A stretch of DNA of 64,000 bases, taken from positions 1,248,001 through 1,312,000 of the forward strand of contig CAVRAG010000008.1 in the NCBI GenBank assembly GCA_963718895.1, in the 5' to 3' direction. This stretch comes from an uncultured Nitrososphaerota archaeon (GTDB lineage: Archaea; Thermoproteota; Nitrososphaeria; Nitrososphaerales; Gagatemarchaeaceae). The notes beneath the pieces were generated by a model. It was not told where the DNA came from. It ran no database searches and saw only the letters and a program-made list of their open reading frames with translations. Within the stretch, counting starts at the first letter, position 1. Each line of letters starts with the position of its first letter. Below are positions 58,352 to 64,000 of the stretch, in pieces. The position numbers and the translations under genes are program-made.

Positions 58352-58882
58352 GTGATGCTCGACGACCGCACCTATCCCAACCTCCCACGTGCGCGGAAGC
58401 GTGGGCAAGAACGCGCGCAACCGGTAATGCAAGCGACATACTATTATTTGGTGAGAAAGCATACAGCAGAGAGATTGGGAGAGTCGTTAGTCTTGGGAGT
58501 AGAAAATGTGTTCAAAATAGCGACGACCTACGCCGTAGTTCGCGGGTTCCTGACAAGCAACGGTTGGGAACTCCAGGGAAAGGATGAGGAAATGGAGATG
58601 GACTCGTTCAGAAACAAGAAGACAGGGAAGAAGCTGTTCGTCGAGGAGATTTCGGAGGACTTTCCAGTGACCTTTCTTATGGGCGAGCTTAGCATGGCGG
58701 AGTTCGGGAACATCGCTAGTGAACTGACGCCGGAAATCGAGTTACTTGAAGTCGACAGTAGTTGGGAAGGCAAACCGACGACCATCGTGTGCGCGATGAC
58801 AGAAGAGCAAGTTAGGAGCATGTTCGGCAGAAGAACGAGGATGAGAAAGGTTGCGGTTCACCGCACGGCGTCACAGATTTGA
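58352..58882 (+). CDS. Hypothetical protein (true start possibly ATG at about 58427)
   Basis: Open 176-codon frame; no family recognised; stop codon lies inside the repeated GATTTGAACC motif. Confidence 0.55.
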   Translation: MMLDDRTYPNLPRARKRGQERAQPVMQATYYYLVRKHTAERLGESLVLGVENVFKIATTYAVVRGFLTSNGWELQGKDEEMEMDSFRNKKTGKKLFVEEISEDFPVTFLMGELSMAEFGNIASELTPEIELLEVDSSWEGKPTTIVCAMTEEQVRSMFGRRTRMRKVAVHRTASQI

Positions 58883-58898
58883 ACCTGAAGGTCTAAAT

Positions 58899-58913
58899 TC
58901 CCGGCGACCGCAC
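58899..58913 (+). repeat. att-like direct repeat of the tRNA-Gly 3' end (2)
   Basis: TCCCGGCGACCGCAC, 15/15 identical to 53940-53954. Confidence 0.85.
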
Positions 58914-59062
58914 TTCTCCTTTCACAATGCAACCTCCCTGGCGTCCAGGATTGCGTGAGAATCCGAACGACCTAGGTTCCTCTGGAGTCCGTCGTCATGT
59001 CCGGCACGCACTCGCATGAAGGCCTAGTGTGGAGTTCGAGCAGATGCAGAGCGGATGCGTCG

Positions 59063-59857
59063 TCAACCTTTCACCAGGCTGAAGACCAAGAAGAACGGGA
59101 GCCTGAAGGCCACCCCGTTCTCTGGATGCTGGACTACCTGCGACCGGGTCGGGCGCGGCTCGTAAATCCGTTGTATCACAAATCCTGCGTGCTCAATCAT
59201 GGAGCTCCAGTCCTCGAGCGTGAACCTGTAGCTCAAGGTACTCCAGTGGTGCTTCAGGCGTTGCATGTTCCACGGAACTACGTATTCTCCCTTCTCAAAA
59301 TAGCGATCTATCTTCAACGCGAGGTACTCACCCTTCTCGTTCGTCTCCCATTCTCTGAAGGCGGTGCTGTTGGTCGGATGAACGATGGAGAAGGCCATTC
59401 TGCCGTCCTTCGCCAGGACTCTGTAGGAGGCTCGAAGGACCATCTCTGGGTCAGCCATGTCATGCAGCGACATGCAGGCCACCGCCAGGTCGAAAGCGCC
59501 CCGCTGCCACGCTTCATCGACCCTGGCCGCGTCCATGACTCGGTATTGAATTCCCAGGGGATGTTTCTTCTCGTGGGCTAGGGCGAGATCGATACTCTTC
59601 TCAGCTATGTCGACGCCGATGACGTTCGCCCCTCTTCCTGAAAGCCTGCGGGAGAAGAACCCCTGGCCGCATCCGAGGTCGAGCACCCTAAGCCCCCTCA
59701 CGCTGCCGCACGCGCGGAGCAAGGCGGGTCCGTGGACCTGCAAGCGGGAGTAGTCCAAGCCACCTTCGATGAACTCATTCCACACGACGGCCACGCGATT
59801 CCAGGTGTCTCGGACGCGTCGAGTGGCCTCCGAATCCCTATCGTCAGGCTTGCGCAA
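59063..59857 (-). CDS. Class I SAM-dependent methyltransferase
   Basis: VLDLGCGQG, GVDIA, FDLAV, FSIVHP, YEPRP. Confidence 0.92.
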   Translation of the reverse strand: MRKPDDRDSEATRRVRDTWNRVAVVWNEFIEGGLDYSRLQVHGPALLRACGSVRGLRVLDLGCGQGFFSRRLSGRGANVIGVDIAEKSIDLALAHEKKHPLGIQYRVMDAARVDEAWQRGAFDLAVACMSLHDMADPEMVLRASYRVLAKDGRMAFSIVHPTNSTAFREWETNEKGEYLALKIDRYFEKGEYVVPWNMQRLKHHWSTLSYRFTLEDWSSMIEHAGFVIQRIYEPRPTRSQVVQHPENGVAFRLPFFLVFSLVKG

Positions 59858-60048
59858 TCTCGAACCTGCTGGTTTGCGACCTGGGCAAGATAAGACTTGC
59901 AGATCCGGCTGGCGTGATGGTGGAGGATCGCTCTCTCTGTGGGCCCGTCAGATTCATTAGTCGACCCACGACGGCCGTTGATTGACAGCTGGATGTCGCC
60001 GCAACTATCTTCGTTCGGGATTTCGGGTGGGTCGACGGGTAGTGCGCC

Positions 60049-60963
60049 TTGATTACTACGGAGAACCTGACCAAGAAGTTCGGCGATACTGCCGCTGTCG
60101 AGGGGCTGACCCTCGACGTCAAGGAAGGCGAGGTCTTCGGGTTCCTCGGCCCTAACGGAGCAGGGAAGACGACCACCGTCCGGATGCTTACGTGTCTCGT
60201 GTCGAAGACGAGCGGAGATGCGACGGTAGACGGTTACGATATCAGTAGGAGCGCCGATCTACAGAAGATCAGGAAGATCATAGGGCTGCTGCCCGAGAGC
60301 GTCGGTATGTACGACGACCTCAGCGCGTACAAGAACCTGGACTACTACGGGCGACTCCACGAGTGCCCGGAGAATCAGAGGAAGGAGCGCATCGAGCACT
60401 TCCTCAAGCTCCTCGGGCTCTGGGAGAAGAAGGACCTCGCCGCCGGCACGTTCTCGAAGGGGATGAAGCAGAAGCTTGCCATCGCCCGCGCCCTGATCCA
60501 CGACCCCAAGGTCCTCTTCCTTGACGAGCCGACGGCCAACCTCGATCCAGAGTCTTCAAAGACGGTGAGGGATTTCATCCTCGAGCTGAAGAAGGAGAAG
60601 AGGACCATCTTCATCAACACCCACAACCTCGACGAGGCAGAGAAGGTCTGCGACAGGGTCGGGATCCTGAAGACCAGACTGGTCGCGCTAGGGGGGACCA
60701 AACAGCTGGTCGAGTCGCTCTGGGGGAGGAGGACTGTGGTCCTGCTTACGAAGGTCGAAGACTCGATCGTCGCGGCGGTGAGAAGAGTCGGGCCCAGAAG
60801 CGTCGTGGTGGACGGCAACCGTCTGATCATAGACGTGGTCGACCCGGTCGAGGACAACCCTCGGATGGTCGATGCCATAGTCGCGGCCGGAGGCCGCATC
60901 CAGGGCGTAACCGAGCTTCTGCCGTCGCTCGAAGACGTCTATCTGAGGCTTGTGAGGAGCTGA
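60049..60963 (+). CDS. ABC transporter ATP-binding protein (ABC-2 type)
   Basis: GPNGAGKTT, FSKGMKQK, LDEPT, THNL. Confidence 0.95.
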   Translation: MITTENLTKKFGDTAAVEGLTLDVKEGEVFGFLGPNGAGKTTTVRMLTCLVSKTSGDATVDGYDISRSADLQKIRKIIGLLPESVGMYDDLSAYKNLDYYGRLHECPENQRKERIEHFLKLLGLWEKKDLAAGTFSKGMKQKLAIARALIHDPKVLFLDEPTANLDPESSKTVRDFILELKKEKRTIFINTHNLDEAEKVCDRVGILKTRLVALGGTKQLVESLWGRRTVVLLTKVEDSIVAAVRRVGPRSVVVDGNRLIIDVVDPVEDNPRMVDAIVAAGGRIQGVTELLPSLEDVYLRLVRS

Positions 60964-61703
60964 GGAAGACGAAGCTCGCGAAGGCCTGGGTAGTCGCGAC
61001 GAACGACTTTGAGACGTTCAGGAGGAGGAAGTACACCCTCTACTCCCTGATCGGGCTTCCGTTCGTCCTCTCCTTTGGCCTACCGATTGTGGTCTGGCTC
61101 TGGCTGAAGAACGGCGAGATCCCGACCTCGGAGATCTCGGTCCTTCTGAACGCTTTCTCGTTCTTCTTCATAATCCTGGCGACGCTCCTCCCGACTGTGC
61201 TCGCGTCCTACAGCTTCCTCGGCGAGAAGCTCGAGAAGAGCCTCGAGCCGCTGCTCGCGACACCAATCACCGACGGCGAGCTGCTCCTGGGAAAGGGCCT
61301 CGCGGCGCTCCTGCCTTCTATCGGCGTGTCATACCTGGGCGCAGCGATATTCATGGGCTTCGTGGACGAGCTGACCAGCGGCCGCCTCGGCTACCTCTAC
61401 TTCCCGAACCAGACCATGGCGGTCATACTGCTGATTGCGGTCCCGCTGGCCTGCGTCTTCAGTGTCGAGGTGAACGTCGTCATAGCCTCTCTGGTCGGCG
61501 ACCTTCGGGCCGCCCAGCAGCTGGGAACCCTCGCCTCGGTGCCCTTCGGTGGAGTCTTCGTCCTGGCCGAAATCAACTTCACGTCTCTCAATCTCACCAG
61601 CCTCCTCACAATCTCGGTGCTCCTCCTGGCAATCGATGTGGTCCTGGTGCAGGTGTGCAAGACCACGTTCCGCAGGGAGGAGATTCTCACAAAGTGGAAG
61701 TGA
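60960..61703 (+). CDS. ABC-2 transporter permease (no canonical start codon at the expected 5' end)
   Basis: Frame open from CTG at 60960 (LRKTKLAKAWVVATNDF...); GEKLEKSLEPLLATP, LLGK, FRREEIL. Confidence 0.88.
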   Translation: MRKTKLAKAWVVATNDFETFRRRKYTLYSLIGLPFVLSFGLPIVVWLWLKNGEIPTSEISVLLNAFSFFFIILATLLPTVLASYSFLGEKLEKSLEPLLATPITDGELLLGKGLAALLPSIGVSYLGAAIFMGFVDELTSGRLGYLYFPNQTMAVILLIAVPLACVFSVEVNVVIASLVGDLRAAQQLGTLASVPFGGVFVLAEINFTSLNLTSLLTISVLLLAIDVVLVQVCKTTFRREEILTKWK

Positions 61704-61811
61704 AGCAAGTCACCACGCCCTGAGTGGCGAGCTGCAGGGCCGCCGCGAAAGTGGTCTCTCGGGTCGCGAAGCAAGGAAAGCATTTCAAGGCTGGGACACG
61801 GGTTTCGGACG

Positions 61812-62810
61812 ATGGCCAGGCGAGAATTCGGCATCAATCTCCCCGTATCAGGGCGGTCTTACTCCCGGAAGGAGGTTGATCTGGATTTCAGAGTCCTCAG
61901 AGATATTGCGCTAGCGGCGGACCGGCATGGGTTCAGGACGATAGGCGTCCACGACCATCTTCTCAACCCGCAGGGTTCCTCGCCCGGGGGCAAGGAGATG
62001 CCCGAGAAGTTCAGGAACGGGATAGTCGAGGCATGGACGACCCTCTCCGCCCTTTCGACGATCACATCGAGGTCGAGGTTGACCAACGTCGTCCTTTGCA
62101 ACCTCTTCAGGCCTCCGGCGATGCTTGCGAAGATGGCATCGACTCTGGATCTCATCTCGGACGGCAGGGTGGACCTGGCGCTTGGGGCAGGGTGGTTCCG
62201 TGGCGAGTGCCTTGCCTACGGAATACCCTGGAAGCCTTACAAGACGAGGCTGGAGATGCTGAGGGAGAGCGTCCAGCTGATCAAGAGGCTCTGGACAGAA
62301 GATGAGGTGACGTTCATCGGGAAGCACTACCAGATCAGAAAGGGAATCCTAAGCCCGAAGCCCGTCCAGAAGCCGCATCCCCCCATCGTGATAGGAGGGG
62401 CTTCGGAGAACGCGATGAGAATCGCGGTCGAGGAAGCAGACGGCTGGGACGTCGATACCGGGCCGTGCACCTTCGAGCTGTTCCAGGAGAGGCACTCCCA
62501 GCTCGAGAGCTACTGCCGCGAGGTTGGTAGGGACGTGAAGTCCATCAGGGTATCAGTCAACGCGACGCCGATTCTCGCCAGGGACATCCCGGAGGCCAGG
62601 AAGCTTGCGACCATCTGGGCCGAGCGCATCGGCAAGGACCCGCAGGAGTACATATCGAACAAGTCCGTCTTCCTGGGGACGGCCGAGGACATAGCCGCGG
62701 CCGCAGAGAAGTGGTTCGAGTCGGGCGTGAATCAGGTCAACTTCCTGATGCCCCACGACGCGCTGTACGCGCAGACGCTCTGTGCGGAAATTGCCGCGCT
62801 CCCTCGCTGA
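61812..62810 (+). CDS. LLM-class flavin/F420-dependent oxidoreductase
   Basis: HDHL, EAWTTLSAL, FRPPAMLAKMASTLD, LGAGW, PKPVQKPHPPIVIGG. Confidence 0.92.
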   Translation: MARREFGINLPVSGRSYSRKEVDLDFRVLRDIALAADRHGFRTIGVHDHLLNPQGSSPGGKEMPEKFRNGIVEAWTTLSALSTITSRSRLTNVVLCNLFRPPAMLAKMASTLDLISDGRVDLALGAGWFRGECLAYGIPWKPYKTRLEMLRESVQLIKRLWTEDEVTFIGKHYQIRKGILSPKPVQKPHPPIVIGGASENAMRIAVEEADGWDVDTGPCTFELFQERHSQLESYCREVGRDVKSIRVSVNATPILARDIPEARKLATIWAERIGKDPQEYISNKSVFLGTAEDIAAAAEKWFESGVNQVNFLMPHDALYAQTLCAEIAALPR

Positions 62811-63040
62811 ACCGTCTGATGTGACCATCGCTAGAATCCGCGAGGCCTTCCGCCGTCCAAGGGAATCAGGACGCGGTTGGGATCGTGATTAGCATCCATC
62901 GACAGGGCGAGTTCTGCTTTCATCGCGGTTCCGTGAGCCCCGCTGGTGGTCTCGGTACTGGTACTCCTACAGTTCAGGCAGATTATCCAAAGCTCGCAAT
63001 CGAGGGACTGCGAGACGGAGCTAACCCGTCGTGTCCGGAC

Positions 63041-64000
63041 TCAGCCGATGGTGATCGCGGTGACCTGGAGCACGTAACTGAAGGTCTCTGTCTGGCCGTT
63101 GTTGATGTCGCTGCCTGCGATGTTCTCGCTGGTCACGAGCGCGGTGTTCGACCCGTGGGGAGTTCCCACTGAGAACGAAAAGGTCGTCAGGGTCGTTGGG
63201 TTGCTGTTGCAGTAGGTCACGGTCTCCGGTAGGTTGTTGGCGGCATAGTTGGTGACGGACACCTGGGTCGATCCGATTGACACGGTCGACGTTCCGGTGG
63301 AGTGGAAGAAGCTCGTCGACGTGTATTCGGTGATCAGTGAGTCAGCCTGAATCTGCAGGGTAAACCCGGCGAACGCACCGACTAGTGCCCCCTGTGCCGA
63401 CGAACCAGTGATGTTGAATCCGGCGACGTCGATCGCCAGGGCAGTCCCGTCCTTAAGGAGCCACACAATCTCCGTGATATTCGTGCTCCCTTCGGAGAGG
63501 GCTATCGTGACCTTGTAGGTGGTGGAGCTCACGTAGTTGGTGGTGTAAGACTCGGTGATACTGTAGGTCGAAGGGGATGAGGACGAGGACCCAGAGGTCG
63601 AGCTGGACCCGCTGGCCTGGACTGTCATGGATGAGTAGGCCTTGAGCAGTGGTATCACGTTCTCTGTCGCCGTGGTGGATGTCGTGGACGTGGAACCAGT
63701 TGAGCAGGAAGTGGTAATCGTCGTTGTAGTGGTGGAGGCCGAAGAGGTCGTGGTCGAACTGGCGGTGGTCGTCTTTGAACTGGTGGTTGTGGTGGTCGAA
63801 GTGGTGCTAGTCGTTGGAGGAATCGTGGAAGTGGTGCTAGTCGTTGGAGGTGTGGTTGAGGTTGTGCTAGTCGTTGGAGGAACGGTAGCGGTAGTGCTAC
63901 TGGTCGTAGTTGTAGGCGGGACCGTACTGACTGAGGACGTTGTGGGTGGAAGACTCGACGATGGACTGGAAGAAGGCGTGAGCGCGACGTAAGCGGCCAC
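63041..64000 (-). CDS. Thr/Ser-rich surface protein, 5' end outside the window
   Basis: Long PPTTSTTST stalk followed by a beta-rich C-terminal domain. Confidence 0.75.
   Translation of the reverse strand: MAAYVALTPSSSPSSSLPPTTSSVSTVPPTTTTSSTTATVPPTTSTTSTTPPTTSTTSTIPPTTSTTSTTTTTSSKTTTASSTTTSSASTTTTTITTSCSTGSTSTTSTTATENVIPLLKAYSSMTVQASGSSSTSGSSSSSPSTYSITESYTTNYVSSTTYKVTIALSEGSTNITEIVWLLKDGTALAIDVAGFNITGSSAQGALVGAFAGFTLQIQADSLITEYTSTSFFHSTGTSTVSIGSTQVSVTNYAANNLPETVTYCNSNPTTLTTFSFSVGTPHGSNTALVTSENIAGSDINNGQTETFSYVLQVTAITIG
63801..63890. repeat. Coding tandem repeat, 30-bp period x3
   Basis: GT(G/T)GTGCTAGTCGTTGGAGG at 63801, 63831 and 63861; encodes the PPTTSTT stalk. Confidence 0.85.

Larger units (their letters stand above)
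53940..58913. mobile_element. Integrase-less tandem genomic island at the tRNA-Gly 3' end (two modules)
   Basis: tRNA 3' end recurs as CGGCGACCGCAC at 56681-56692 and TCCCGGCGACCGCAC at 58899-58913; interval is AT-richer and holds gene fragments. Confidence 0.75.

Noticed and set aside
63801-63890. 30-bp periodic repeats resembling a mini CRISPR array
   Set aside because: The period is in frame, the variable parts are only 10 nt, they encode a PPTTSTT stalk, and no cas genes are present.

Overview
A 64 kb window of a high-GC archaeal chromosome. Gene content and order (aMBF1-aTrm56-TFE, tiaS, nurA-herA-mre11-rad50-nreA, an L11/L1/P0 cluster with rpl12 displaced next to alaS, S19e-L39e-L31e-eIF6-prefoldin-ftsY without rplX, a Grs-like radical SAM, BHB-intron tRNAs) point by inference to TACK archaea, most likely a non-ammonia-oxidising Nitrososphaerota lineage. 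Most of it is core translation and DNA-repair genes, plus RNase P RNA and two tRNA genes (iMet, Gly-TCC), each with two introns. Many conserved genes are broken by single extra bases, which looks like sequencing error rather than gene decay. Main unexplained signals: (1) an integrase-free tandem array of cargo modules downstream of tRNA-Gly, each closed by a copy of the tRNA 3' end and marked by a recurring GAT(T/C)TGAACCT half-palindrome; (2) four free-standing homing-endonuclease-like ORFs in intergenic slots (a LAGLIDADG pair beside the double-intron tRNA-iMet, a LAGLIDADG-HTH fusion, a NUMOD3/Vsr-like ORF); (3) a perfect four-way-junction structure between spt5 and rpl11; (4) a GMC oxidoreductase fused to duplicated GXWXG/DUF4334-like barrels.
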